Below, in pieces: positions 18,918 through 28,596 of a stretch of 64,000 bases of DNA. The DNA is from Nitrososphaerota archaeon. Lineage in GTDB: Archaea; Thermoproteota; EX4484-205; JAAOZP01. Below the pieces are notes generated by a model. The model was given only the letters and a program-made list of their open reading frames with translations, ran no database searches and was not told the DNA's origin. Each line of letters begins with the position of its first letter. Within the stretch, counting starts at the first letter, position 1. Position numbers and translations under genes: made by a program. The stretch is from positions 64,001 to 128,000 of the forward strand of contig JAAOZP010000014.1 of assembly GCA_011605725.1 (NCBI GenBank). Reading direction: 5' to 3'.

Positions 18918-19480
18918 GTCGGCAGCCTGGTTCCACATCTGAAGCAGAATTTGTAGCGCGCATTGTTTATTGCCCCACACTTTGGACAGGTTTTAGTGCC
19001 TGCACTACCAGCCGTCTCCTCGGAAGCAGGCCGCGACGCAACGGTGACGGTTTCAACATGCTCCGGTTCCGCCGCCTCATATTCAGCAGGCTCCTTGAAA
19101 GAGGGCTGGGCCTCAGGAGCCTCCGCTGCACTACTGCTTGGCGCAACCTGGACCTCAGGCTCCTTCGGCACGTACGTGGAGGGTTTTGCTGAAACCTGCT
19201 CCCTAACCTGGGTCTTCGGCTCTTCACGCGTTTCGACAGCCGGCTTCGCCGGCGCAGGGGGTGCAGCTGGAACAGTAACCTCTTTCTTCAATATCACTAT
19301 GTCTTCAGCAGCGTCAACCTCGCTCCAGATGAACTCCATCTCCCTATTGTCTCTCCCGACAACAACTATTCCAACTAGGTTCTCGCCTAAGACAAACCCT
19401 ATGTCTTTAACAGTGCCGACGTATCGGCCCCTCTTATCGTAAACCTGGAGGCCTATTATCTTGTCTTTTCTAATTAGCAA
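18914..19480 (-). CDS. PRC-barrel protein with Pro/Ala/Glu linker and C-terminal zinc ribbon
   Basis: IIGLQVYDKRGRYVGTVKDI...DIVIL; CPKC...CFRC. Confidence 0.75.
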   Translation of the reverse strand: MLIRKDKIIGLQVYDKRGRYVGTVKDIGFVLGENLVGIVVVGRDNREMEFIWSEVDAAEDIVILKKEVTVPAAPPAPAKPAVETREEPKTQVREQVSAKPSTYVPKEPEVQVAPSSSAAEAPEAQPSFKEPAEYEAAEPEHVETVTVASRPASEETAGSAGTKTCPKCGAINNARYKFCFRCGTRLPT

Positions 19481-19601
19481 CCCGTAGGGAAATTCTCCCG
19501 GGGTGACTTTTATTCTTTATCTTCATATTAGTACACAATGCTAACGGTTTAGATGCTGTGTCAAACAGGCAATGAAACAGTTTAAAGGCATTAGAGGGCC
19601 T

Positions 19602-21134
19602 CTAAGGGCATTTTTCAACCGTGGAGAAGGAGAAGCCCTTGACAAGCCTGCTTACAGCGTTTTCCAGAAGCATCCTAGCCTCCGTGTCTTTCTGAAGCAT
19701 CAGGCTAAGCTTTGAGAAACACTCTTTTAAAACGTTCTCCCTGTCTGCGAGCATCATTTTATCAGCCTCGGGAGAGCCTGCGCCTAAGGATACTCGCTTC
19801 GAAGCGACAGCACTCGCGTCAGCCTCTTTCAGTATTTTCATCAGTAGACCGCTAACGTCTCTGCCTAACACGTTCAGGGAAACACTTTTTAAATCCTCCT
19901 CGTTGAGACTATTCATCTTCCTGCCGGTTTTAACGCTGAGCTTAACAATCTCCCCCACCAACCTGTGGGCAAGCCTGAATGGAACCCTGGCTTCCTCAAC
20001 TATTCTTTCAGCAACATCCAAGGCAATAATGTTTGGCTCAGTTAAAGACCTTATTCTCTCACGGTTCTCCTTAAGATTCTCAAGAACAATTCTAACGATT
20101 CTAACTGCTTCCCTGCTTGTTTCAATAGCCTCGATCAACGGGGGCTTGGTTTCCTGAAGATCTCTAACATAGCCGCTGGGCACTGCCTTGCAAACCATCG
20201 AGAGCTGAGCTAGACTTGAGAAAACCCTTCCTGTTCTCGCACGGGTCAGCTCAAGTATGCAAGGATTCTTCTTATGTGGCATCGCGCTCGATGGGAAAGC
20301 CAGCTCGTCTGGAAGCGTGAAGAAACCGTATTCTGAGGAAAGCCAGATTATAAGGTCCTCCATAATCCTGCTCAGGTTAAGCATGAGAATGTTGAGGTTT
20401 GAAACAACCTCCAGCGCGAAGTCTCTTGACGAAACAGCGTCGAACGAGTTCTCCACAACACCGTCGAACCCTAGGAGCCTCGTAGTGAGACTCCTGTCTA
20501 TCTTAAGCGAGGAGCCGACTATAGCAACGCTCCCTAAAGGATTCTGGTTAACCCTTTTAAAGGATTCTGAGAGTCGGTTAAAGTCTCTCAGAAACACGTC
20601 GAAATACCCTAGGAAATAGTGTGAAAGAGGAGCAACCTGAGCCTGTTGCAGATGAGTGTAGAACGGGAAAACTACGTCAAGAGTCTCTCCAGCCTTCTTT
20701 AGAAGAGTTGCCTCAAGCTTAAGCAGCTCTCCCATAATGCTTAAGACTTCTCTCCTCGTCTTAAGCCTCACCGCCGTGACAACCTGATCATTCCTGGAGC
20801 GAGCCGTGTGAACAAGGCCTCCTACCTCCATCCCAGCCTGCTTAACTACATAAGACTCTATGAGTTCATGAACATCCTCGTACTTTTCAAGGTCGAGCTG
20901 ACTCAAACCTTCCTCTCTAAGCCTTTTAAGAGCCTCAAGAATCTGTTTAAGCTGCTCCTCAGTAATATAGCCCTGTTTCATAAGCATGAGGTCGTGCGCA
21001 ACCGTGCATTCAATATCCTCGTTAAATATCCAAGCGTCTTCCCTAATGCTGGACACGTATCTCGTGGCCTCTGAGGAAACCGGTCCAAGCCTGCTCCTAT
21101 ATATGCCTCCGGAAGCATCCTGCTCCATTGACAA
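19602..21134 (-). CDS. argH: Argininosuccinate lyase
   Basis: HTARSRNDQV, YTHLQQAQ, SSAMPHKKNP. Confidence 0.93.
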   Translation of the reverse strand: MSMEQDASGGIYRSRLGPVSSEATRYVSSIREDAWIFNEDIECTVAHDLMLMKQGYITEEQLKQILEALKRLREEGLSQLDLEKYEDVHELIESYVVKQAGMEVGGLVHTARSRNDQVVTAVRLKTRREVLSIMGELLKLEATLLKKAGETLDVVFPFYTHLQQAQVAPLSHYFLGYFDVFLRDFNRLSESFKRVNQNPLGSVAIVGSSLKIDRSLTTRLLGFDGVVENSFDAVSSRDFALEVVSNLNILMLNLSRIMEDLIIWLSSEYGFFTLPDELAFPSSAMPHKKNPCILELTRARTGRVFSSLAQLSMVCKAVPSGYVRDLQETKPPLIEAIETSREAVRIVRIVLENLKENRERIRSLTEPNIIALDVAERIVEEARVPFRLAHRLVGEIVKLSVKTGRKMNSLNEEDLKSVSLNVLGRDVSGLLMKILKEADASAVASKRVSLGAGSPEADKMMLADRENVLKECFSKLSLMLQKDTEARMLLENAVSRLVKGFSFSTVEKCP

Positions 21135-21412
21135 CCCTAAGCCGGATGAACCTGCAGAAACATGCTAATAAGGGTTACATGAAAAACGGTTTGAAACATT
21201 CTGAAGGCTTAAAAGCGATCAGCATTTTACGGGTTTCCCTAGAGACAAGTGGTGGCGAGCTAAGATTCTACAAGGGTTGAGACGCCTCCGGTAGTCCAGA
21301 AGCATGTGAATCACACTCCACGGAAAGCCTTTCCCCCGGTTTTCTACGCGCGCAAAAAGCAGCGGGCAAAACTTAAAAGGCTCAAAAACAAGTATTTCAA
21401 GAGGAACTCGTC

Positions 21413-22538
21413 ATGCTTATAGAGGAGAAGCTGGATCTCGGAAGACTCGTCACATTCGTGCCCAACAAGCATATTCCAATACATAATTGGTTTTTTCTAT
21501 AAAGAAGGGTTTTCCCGCGACTTCGTAGTTCTTGTGAGTAGACGGCTGGGGCTTGGCGAAGACTCGTGGATGCTGGACCCGTTCTGCGGCGTCGGAACAA
21601 CCCAGTTAACTGGAAAGGAGCTTGGGATAAATACTGTTGGCGTCGACGTGGCTGAGCTTCCTGTTTTCGTCTCCAGGGTTAAGACTGCCGACTATGATGT
21701 TGAGCAGCTCAGGAAGGTTTCTGAAAAAGTTTTCTCGGAAAAATTTAGAAGACCCAGCCTAGGTGGTTTAAGCAGGCTTGTTAGAAGAGCTTTTCCCAAG
21801 CATGTTTTAGAGGACATATTGTTCTTCAGAGAGATTGTTGAAAACATTGAGGATGAGACTGTGAGAAACTTCTTCAAACTCGGTTTAATAAGTGCTGCTA
21901 TGAAAGCATCCTACGTCGTGAAGGACGGCGGCCTCCTTAGAATAGTTAAGGAGAGGAACATCCCGCCTTTCAGAAAGTTTTACAAGAACAGGATTAAGAG
22001 GATGATTAAGGATGTTGAAGCCTCCAGAATGCTTAACCCTAAGGTGTCAACTTTTAAGGCTGACTCGAGAAACCTATGGTTCTTGGAGGATGAAACGTTC
22101 GACGCGGTCGTTACTTCACCACCCTACTTGAACAAGATAGAGTACACCAGGGTTTACAGGGTTGAAAACGAGCTTTTCTTCAAGGGTTCCGAGCCCATGC
22201 TACGCTCATACATAGGTGACGCCGTTAGGCTGACGGAGGATTCTGAAAACACCGGAAACACCCCGGCGATAGTTGAAGCCTATTTCCGAGACCTCCGCAG
22301 GGTTCTGTCCGAGCTTCACCGTGTTCTTAAAAAGAACGGGATGGGTGTTTTCGTCATAGCTCAAGGAGTCTTTCCGACGGGCGTTGTAGAAACAGAGAGA
22401 ATATTCGTTGAAATAGCTGGGGAAACCGGTTTTGAAACCGAGAGGCTCTGGCTAGTCAACAGGAGGGTTGCAACCAGAGACCGTGTCGTCAAGATTGGTT
22501 ATGCAGACGAGTATGTTGTTTTCACACGTAAACTCTGA
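21413..22538 (+). CDS. Orphan amino-DNA methyltransferase (probably N4-cytosine), frameshifted in a T6 run at 21491-21496
   Basis: DPFCGVGTT (motif I), TSPPY (motif IV); removing one T restores HNWFFYKEGFS from ATG 21413. Confidence 0.8.
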
Positions 22539-22544
22539 AAAACT

Positions 22545-23558
22545 TTAAAGCCTGAAACTGGCCTCAATGCTTGGACGTATCGGTTGAGAATCGTAGCCCA
22601 GCCTCCTAAGCTCCCTTGAAAACTCTTCCGGGAAACCGTGGACTGTGAAAACCTTCTCCGGACAGGTTTTCCTAACGATTTCCACCAGGCCGTTGAAATC
22701 AGCATGATCGCTCAACGGGAAAGCCTTGTCAACGCCCAGCGCCTCGCTATACCAGTCGAAAATCGACCTGCCTGAGAAGCTTATGAAGACAGCACCATAC
22801 TTCCTTTTAACAAGCTGCATGAAAGCATTTCTACCGGAGACATTAGGATAGTATAGGGCCCAGGATCCCTCAGGCAGCTCTGGAGACTGGGGTGTGAAAA
22901 CCTTCTTCCCACTTATCCCCATTGAGAAAAGCCTGTAAACATTGTTATACTCTGCTATAGATGGTGAAACATATGTTTCAACAACATCCTGGAGAACAGG
23001 GTCTAAAACCATTTGAACATGTTGAGACTTGCCAAGCGGGTATCCCATTAGAACTATGGGTCTGCCTCTTCTCACTGTTTCACTAACGTAGTCGACAATC
23101 TCGCCTATCAGCTGTCTTCTCGAGGGGAAAACCAGGCCGGGGCGACCATAGTTAGACTCTATTATGAGAGTATGAACCCTTGGGAAGCACGGTTCAGGTA
23201 TGCCCTCAACCGGTGAAGTGTTAACATCTCCCGTGTAAAGAATCCCTCCCCTATCGGTTTCAACAAGCAGGGCTTTAGACCCTAAAATATGGCCTGAGTC
23301 CAGAAGGGTGAAAGGATTGTTCTCAACACGCTTAACTTCAAGCCCCCTGAGCGTGGAAAGAAGCAGAGTCTCCTCCGAGCATACTGCTGAGGCTTTCTTC
23401 GCGTCAGACCTGCCTAAATGGTCGAAGTGCGCGTGAGATATGAAAAGATAGTTGAAAGACTCGTCTGAGCCTGTTTTCAGAAAAGCCTCTCCCCCTTTGA
23501 AGCAGAGGGTTGCGAAACGGTCAAGCTTAACTGAAAAACCCTTGAACGCTGCGGACAT
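22545..23558 (-). CDS. MBL-fold beta-CASP nuclease (SNM1/ligase-associated exonuclease-like)
   Basis: SHAHFDH, SGHILG, YTGD, ESNYG, LSDHAD, VHG. Confidence 0.82.
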   Translation of the reverse strand: MSAAFKGFSVKLDRFATLCFKGGEAFLKTGSDESFNYLFISHAHFDHLGRSDAKKASAVCSEETLLLSTLRGLEVKRVENNPFTLLDSGHILGSKALLVETDRGGILYTGDVNTSPVEGIPEPCFPRVHTLIIESNYGRPGLVFPSRRQLIGEIVDYVSETVRRGRPIVLMGYPLGKSQHVQMVLDPVLQDVVETYVSPSIAEYNNVYRLFSMGISGKKVFTPQSPELPEGSWALYYPNVSGRNAFMQLVKRKYGAVFISFSGRSIFDWYSEALGVDKAFPLSDHADFNGLVEIVRKTCPEKVFTVHGFPEEFSRELRRLGYDSQPIRPSIEASFRL

Positions 23559-23561
23559 TGG

Positions 23562-25196
23562 CTAGGTGAAAAACCTGTTTTCCCTCAGCTTAGCTAAAAA
23601 CCGGCTTTCAAGCCTCTTAGCCGGCGGAACCCATTTCCTCCTTCTCTCCTCAAGCTCGTCTCTATCGACAAGCAGGTCCAGCCTTCTTTCCGGCACGTCT
23701 ACAAGTATCTCGTCACCGTCCTCCACGAGCGCTATAGGTCCCCCCAAGTAGGCCTCTGGGGAAACATGGCCTATGGCAATTCCCTTCGTGCCCCCTGAGA
23801 ATCTTCCGTCAGTAACCAGCGCAACCCTTTCAACAAGGTTCCTGCCAACTATTAGCGAGGTCGGCATCAGCATTTCACGCATACCGGGGCCGCCTAGAAG
23901 CCCCTCGTAGCGCACGACAACTACAGTGTCCACAGTGAAATCCTCTTTCTCAAGCGCTTCAACAGCCTCCTCCTCAGAGTTGAAAACCCTAGCCCTGCCT
24001 CTGAACGTTCTAAGCTGAACAGGTGTTCCAGCAAGCTTAATCACAGCGCCCTCCGGCGCCAAGGACCCCCATAGCACCGCTATGCCTCCTTCACCTCTAT
24101 ACGGGTTATCCGGAGAACGTATAAGCATGCCCCTTGGATCTGGAAACTCTTCAACAAGCTCCCGGAGACGCCTACCGGTAACAGTTAAAACATCCAGGTT
24201 AAGATATTTTTTAAGAGTCTTCATGAGCGAGGGGACTCCGCCCGCGTTGTAGAAGTCGATCATGAAGCTCTCGCCGGACGGCCTTATTAGAGCCAGCGTA
24301 GGTATCCTTCTGCTCAGCTCGTCGAAGGTCTTTAGAGGAAGCTCGTACCCAGCCTCCTTGGCTAGAGCGCTCAAGTGGAGAACAGTGTTGGTGGAGCCTC
24401 CGAGAGCATTATCAACAATTATAGCGTTAACAATGCTTTCAGGCTTAACAATATCCTTAAACCTTAAACCCTCCTTCCAGAGTTCCACTATTCGCCTTCC
24501 AGACTCGTATGCAAGAGTCTTCTTACCCTCGTCCTCAGCGTGAGTAGCAGCCATGCCGGGAAGCGATATGCCCATCGCCTCAACCAGGCAAGCCATAGTG
24601 TTAGCAGTGAAAAGGCCGGCGCAGCTTCCGGCGCCGGGGCAAGCAGCCTGTTCAAACTCCCTCAGTTCTTCAAGCGTAATCCTTCCCTCACGGTATTCCC
24701 CGAGCGCTTCGAAGACTGAAACCAAGTCAACCCTCCTGCCTTTGAACAACCCCGGATACATGGGTCCGCCTGTAACGAATATCGACGGAAGATTCAGCCT
24801 GGCTGCTGCCAGCAGGTGGCCGGGAACAATCTTGTCGCATGAAGATATGAAAACCAGGGCGTCGAACACGTGTGCTGAAACCATTATTTCAACCGAGTCG
24901 GCTATGACTTCTCTGCTTGGGAGCGAGAACCTCATTCCATCATGGTTCATCGCAATACCGTCGCAGACAGCGATCGTGTTGAAGATGAAAGGCACCCCGC
25001 CGCTGTCTCTAACACCCTTGGAAACGTTTTCCGCAAGCACGTTGAGGTGAACATGTCCTGGGACAACGTTAGTGAAGGAGTTGACTACACCTATGAAAGG
25101 CTTTTCGAAGTCCTGGTTTCTCAAGCCTATGGCGTGAAGCAGAGACCTGTGCGGAGCCCTGTCCACACCTTTTTTTACAGCGTCGCTCCTCATCAA
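23562..25196 (-). CDS. ilvD: Dihydroxy-acid dehydratase
   Basis: CDGIAM, CDK, TANTM, GGSTN, TDGRFSG, HVSPEA. Confidence 0.96.
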   Translation of the reverse strand: MMRSDAVKKGVDRAPHRSLLHAIGLRNQDFEKPFIGVVNSFTNVVPGHVHLNVLAENVSKGVRDSGGVPFIFNTIAVCDGIAMNHDGMRFSLPSREVIADSVEIMVSAHVFDALVFISSCDKIVPGHLLAAARLNLPSIFVTGGPMYPGLFKGRRVDLVSVFEALGEYREGRITLEELREFEQAACPGAGSCAGLFTANTMACLVEAMGISLPGMAATHAEDEGKKTLAYESGRRIVELWKEGLRFKDIVKPESIVNAIIVDNALGGSTNTVLHLSALAKEAGYELPLKTFDELSRRIPTLALIRPSGESFMIDFYNAGGVPSLMKTLKKYLNLDVLTVTGRRLRELVEEFPDPRGMLIRSPDNPYRGEGGIAVLWGSLAPEGAVIKLAGTPVQLRTFRGRARVFNSEEEAVEALEKEDFTVDTVVVVRYEGLLGGPGMREMLMPTSLIVGRNLVERVALVTDGRFSGGTKGIAIGHVSPEAYLGGPIALVEDGDEILVDVPERRLDLLVDRDELEERRRKWVPPAKRLESRFLAKLRENRFFT

Positions 25197-25203
25197 GTCT
25201 TTT

Positions 25204-26187
25204 TCAACCGTACACCATCGACCTTATTTTCCTTCCAACAGTCTCTATCAAGTGGTTTCTCTCTCTTTCAACGAGAGTCTTCAGAACAACCTGGTTCGAA
25301 CTGTTTTCAAGTATCCACTCTCTTGCGAAAACACCTGTCTGAACATCTTCAAGAAGCTTCCTCATCTTCCTCTTAACATCCTCATCTATAAGATAGGGGC
25401 CGCGCGTAAGACCGCCGTACTTAGCAGTATCGCTGACAGCCTGCCACATGCCGGATAAGCCTTTAGACCAGATCAGGTCGACGATAAGCTTAAGCTCGTT
25501 TAAAACTTCGAAGTAAGCCACCTCAGGCTGGTATCCTGCTTCCACAAGGATTTCGAAGCCGCTTTTAATAAGCGACGAGACTCCGCCGCATAGCACAGCC
25601 TGCTCTCCGAAAAGATCTGTCTCAACCTCCTCCTTGAACGAGGTTTCTATCAAGCCGATCCTGCTTAGCCCCACAGCCTTCCCCAGCTCCCTGACTATTC
25701 TTGAAGCATTACCCGTGTAATCCTGGTGGACAGCTATTAAGCCGGGGACCCCGGTTCCGCGAACATATGCTTCTCTTAAAGCAGGACCAGGCGCCTTGGG
25801 AGCCACGAGGACAACGTCGAGCCAGGGAGAAGGAACTATCTGCCTGTAGTGAATGTTGAAAGCATGCGCGAAAACAAGTGTTGAACCCTTAGAGATGTTC
25901 GGCTCAACATGATCCCTGTAGACAGCCGGTTGAGCAGGATCAGGAATAAGCATTAGAATAATGCTGCTTTTTCTAACTGCCTCACTTATCTCGTAGACTT
26001 CGAAGCCGTCTTCAGAAGCCCTTCTCCAAGACGAGCCTTCTCTTCTCAAGCCTATTATCGTGTTAACACCGCTGTCTCTAATGTTCTTAGCCTGAGCCTC
26101 ACCCTGGGAGCCATAGCCTATCACGGCGACAGTCTTATTCTTAATCAGCTCGATGCTTATTTCATCATCCCTTATTATCCTAGCCAT
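25204..26187 (-). CDS. ilvC: Ketol-acid reductoisomerase
   Basis: GYGSQG, APKAPG, ETDLFGEQAVLCGG. Confidence 0.96.
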   Translation of the reverse strand: MARIIRDDEISIELIKNKTVAVIGYGSQGEAQAKNIRDSGVNTIIGLRREGSSWRRASEDGFEVYEISEAVRKSSIILMLIPDPAQPAVYRDHVEPNISKGSTLVFAHAFNIHYRQIVPSPWLDVVLVAPKAPGPALREAYVRGTGVPGLIAVHQDYTGNASRIVRELGKAVGLSRIGLIETSFKEEVETDLFGEQAVLCGGVSSLIKSGFEILVEAGYQPEVAYFEVLNELKLIVDLIWSKGLSGMWQAVSDTAKYGGLTRGPYLIDEDVKRKMRKLLEDVQTGVFAREWILENSSNQVVLKTLVERERNHLIETVGRKIRSMVYG

Positions 26188-26231
26188 CCTCAGTCACCCC
26201 TACTCCACGGCTACGTTTTCTTTTAAGCTTT

Positions 26232-26720
26232 TTACTTTCTGAAACGGTTCAAAGTGTGAATCATCACACCGCTCCTCGAGAAGCTTTCAACACGATCTTT
26301 AAACTCCTCCTTAAAGTCGTCGACAACCCTAGGGTCGGCGAGGAGCTCGACGAGAAGCCTGGAGCCGCTCAGCAAGGTTGTTCTAGCCCTATACCTGACC
26401 CTGATATAGTCGCTCACACTAGTGTCACAATCCTTCAGCACAGCTACGAAAGCCTCCCTTATCACATCGTACTCGAGAGAACCTATCTTAACCTCGAAGA
26501 CACATGGGTTTTTCTCAAGAACCTTAACTATGTTTTCAAATTTCTCCTGAGGCAGGCTGAAGGTTAGAGATATCTCCGAGGTCTTCCCGTTCACCATGCC
26601 GACAGTTATCGTGTCAATGTTTATTGCTCTCCTCGCGAATATTGAGGCTATTCTCTCCATCACCCCAGGCATGTTGAGAACCCTGAGCACAACGAACCTC
26701 TTATTCTCGTCTGAAGCCAT
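26232..26720 (-). CDS. ilvN: Acetolactate synthase small (regulatory) subunit
   Basis: ACT domain NMPGVMERIASIFARRAINI; between ilvB and ilvC. Confidence 0.85.
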   Translation of the reverse strand: MASDENKRFVVLRVLNMPGVMERIASIFARRAINIDTITVGMVNGKTSEISLTFSLPQEKFENIVKVLEKNPCVFEVKIGSLEYDVIREAFVAVLKDCDTSVSDYIRVRYRARTTLLSGSRLLVELLADPRVVDDFKEEFKDRVESFSRSGVMIHTLNRFRK

Positions 26721-26728
26721 TTTCCACC

Positions 26729-28402
26729 CTACCTCCTTACGATGACTCTGTCAAGCGGGGCAGCCGGGGGAACCATTGGGAAAACATTATCCTCTCTCGC
26801 GACAATCACGTCTAACACAGTTGTCTCATCCTGCTTTAAAGCGGTTTCAAGAGCGTTTTTAAGCTCGCTTATCCTCGTCACTTTAAACCCTTTAGCGCCG
26901 AAACCCTCTGAAACCCTAGCTATGTCAGCTCTGCCCTTCAAATCCACAGCCATATACCTCCTGCCGTAGAAAAGCTCCTGCCACTGTCTAACCATGCCCA
27001 GGAAATAATTGTTAAGAACCAAGACTATGATCGGCAGGTTATAGTCTACTGAAACCGGAAGCTGGTTACAAGTCATGAAGAAGCTACCGTCTCCAGCTAT
27101 GTCGAAAACACGGCTCTCCGGGAAGGCTGCTTTAACCCCGATCGCAGCCGGAAGCCCGAAGCCCATTGTGCCAAGTCCGCCGGAGGATATGAATTGTCTC
27201 GGACGCTTAGCTGTAAAGTGGAGTGAAGCATACATCTGGCACTGGCCTACCTCCGTCGTCACAAAGTCTTCAGCCTTAACATAGTCGTTCAGAACCCTTA
27301 CGGCAGTACTTGGATCAACCGGAACAGCATCGTAATCGTAAAGGAACTCAGATTCCTTCTTGAGCTGTTTAACTCTTTCACCCCACGTAGCAGCCTTGCC
27401 CTTCTTGAAAAGCCTGAGAATCGTTTCGCGAATCCTGATTAAAACCTGCTTAGCGTCACCGGCGACGCCAAGGTCGGGCTTAAGCAGCTTCCCGATTTCA
27501 GACCTATCTATGTCAACATGTATCTTCCTCGCTCCCGGGGCGAAGCCGCTTAACTTACCAGTAGTCCTGTCGCTAAACCTCATGCCTACTGCAAGAATCA
27601 GGTCGCTCTCCTGAACAGCCTTGATCGCGCCTAGCTTCCCATGCATTCCAACCATGCCTAGGGACAACGGATGGTCTTCAGGAATGCTTCCCTTGCCCAT
27701 TAGAGTCGTCGCTACGGGAGCGTTTAGAAGCTCAGCAAGGGCGATAAGCTCGCTGGACGCGCCTGATATTATTACTCCGCCTCCAGCTATGATCACAGGC
27801 CTCTCAGCCTCAACCAGCATCTTTGAGACTGTTAGAATCTCCTCGTCGGAGGGAGAGGGAGGAGTATAAGAGTAGATGTAGAAATCGTCATCAGGCTCGC
27901 CCTCCATCAGCTGAACATCCCTAGGGACGTCGATGTGAACAGGCCCAGGTCTTCCGGATAAGGCTATTTTAAAAGCGTTCTCAAGCGCAGAGTTAAGCTC
28001 GTTTAAGTCTCTAGGTAGAAAGTTCATCTTCGTCAACCCTATCATCATCGAGAAAACATTAGCCTCCTGAAAACCGTCGTAACCTATGAGAGGCGTCGCA
28101 ACCTGGCCGGCTATGCTTAAAACCGGCGAGGAATCCAAGTAGGCGTTGGCAATTCCTGTTGCAAGATTAGTGGCGCCAGGGCCGGATGTGGCGACGACAA
28201 CGCCAATCCTGCCGGTTGCCCTAGCATACCCGTCAGCCATGTGGGCAGCACCCTGCTCATGCCTCGCGAGAATGAACTCTATGTCGCCAGCCTTATAAAG
28301 CTCGTCTAGAAACGGGAGCACAGCCCCACCGGGTACTCCGAAGATGGTTTTAACCCCGTTCTCCCTCAGCTTCTCAACTAGTAGTCTAGACCCTGAAACC
28401 AT
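26729..28402 (-). CDS. ilvB: Acetolactate synthase large subunit
   Basis: RHEQGA, TSGPGATN, GLGTMGFG, GDGSF; start at ATG 28402 after SD GAGGTG. Confidence 0.95.
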   Translation of the reverse strand: MVSGSRLLVEKLRENGVKTIFGVPGGAVLPFLDELYKAGDIEFILARHEQGAAHMADGYARATGRIGVVVATSGPGATNLATGIANAYLDSSPVLSIAGQVATPLIGYDGFQEANVFSMMIGLTKMNFLPRDLNELNSALENAFKIALSGRPGPVHIDVPRDVQLMEGEPDDDFYIYSYTPPSPSDEEILTVSKMLVEAERPVIIAGGGVIISGASSELIALAELLNAPVATTLMGKGSIPEDHPLSLGMVGMHGKLGAIKAVQESDLILAVGMRFSDRTTGKLSGFAPGARKIHVDIDRSEIGKLLKPDLGVAGDAKQVLIRIRETILRLFKKGKAATWGERVKQLKKESEFLYDYDAVPVDPSTAVRVLNDYVKAEDFVTTEVGQCQMYASLHFTAKRPRQFISSGGLGTMGFGLPAAIGVKAAFPESRVFDIAGDGSFFMTCNQLPVSVDYNLPIIVLVLNNYFLGMVRQWQELFYGRRYMAVDLKGRADIARVSEGFGAKGFKVTRISELKNALETALKQDETTVLDVIVAREDNVFPMVPPAAPLDRVIVRR

Positions 28403-28577
28403 TTGAAACACCTCTTGCAAACGGCTTTTTGAAAACCACTGTTTTCTCTAGCGGAGGCTGGGTTTGCAGCGGGACTCCTGCAGTTGGTGGACGGTGTCCC
28501 GCCCCCTTGGAGCGTGAATATTATGGTACACTCAGCGCACCTCCTAAGCAGTGTGCCCATTGAGAGGCCTATATTAA
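28403..28577 (-). promoter_or_regulatory. ilv operon promoter and leader (TATA, uORF, hairpin, main SD)
   Basis: TTAATATA at 28577-28570, GGAGGTG at 28544-28538, hairpin GAAAAC-AGTG-GTTTTC at 28446-28431. Confidence 0.7.
28448..28531 (-). CDS. Putative ilv operon leader peptide (27 aa) MYHNIHAPRGRDTVHQLQESRCKPSLR
   Basis: GTG 6 nt after GGAGGTG; AxRGRD at codons 7-12 as in the leu leader. Confidence 0.6.
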   Translation of the reverse strand: MYHNIHAPRGRDTVHQLQESRCKPSLR

Positions 28578-28596
28578 TCTTTCCCCCCTAAGCTGG

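Noticed and set aside
28378-28560. 60-aa ORF MGTLLRRC... from the ORF track as the ilv leader peptide
   Set aside because: Its ATG is only about 10 nt from the TATA box, upstream of the likely TSS, and has no SD; the GTG frame at 28531 fits better
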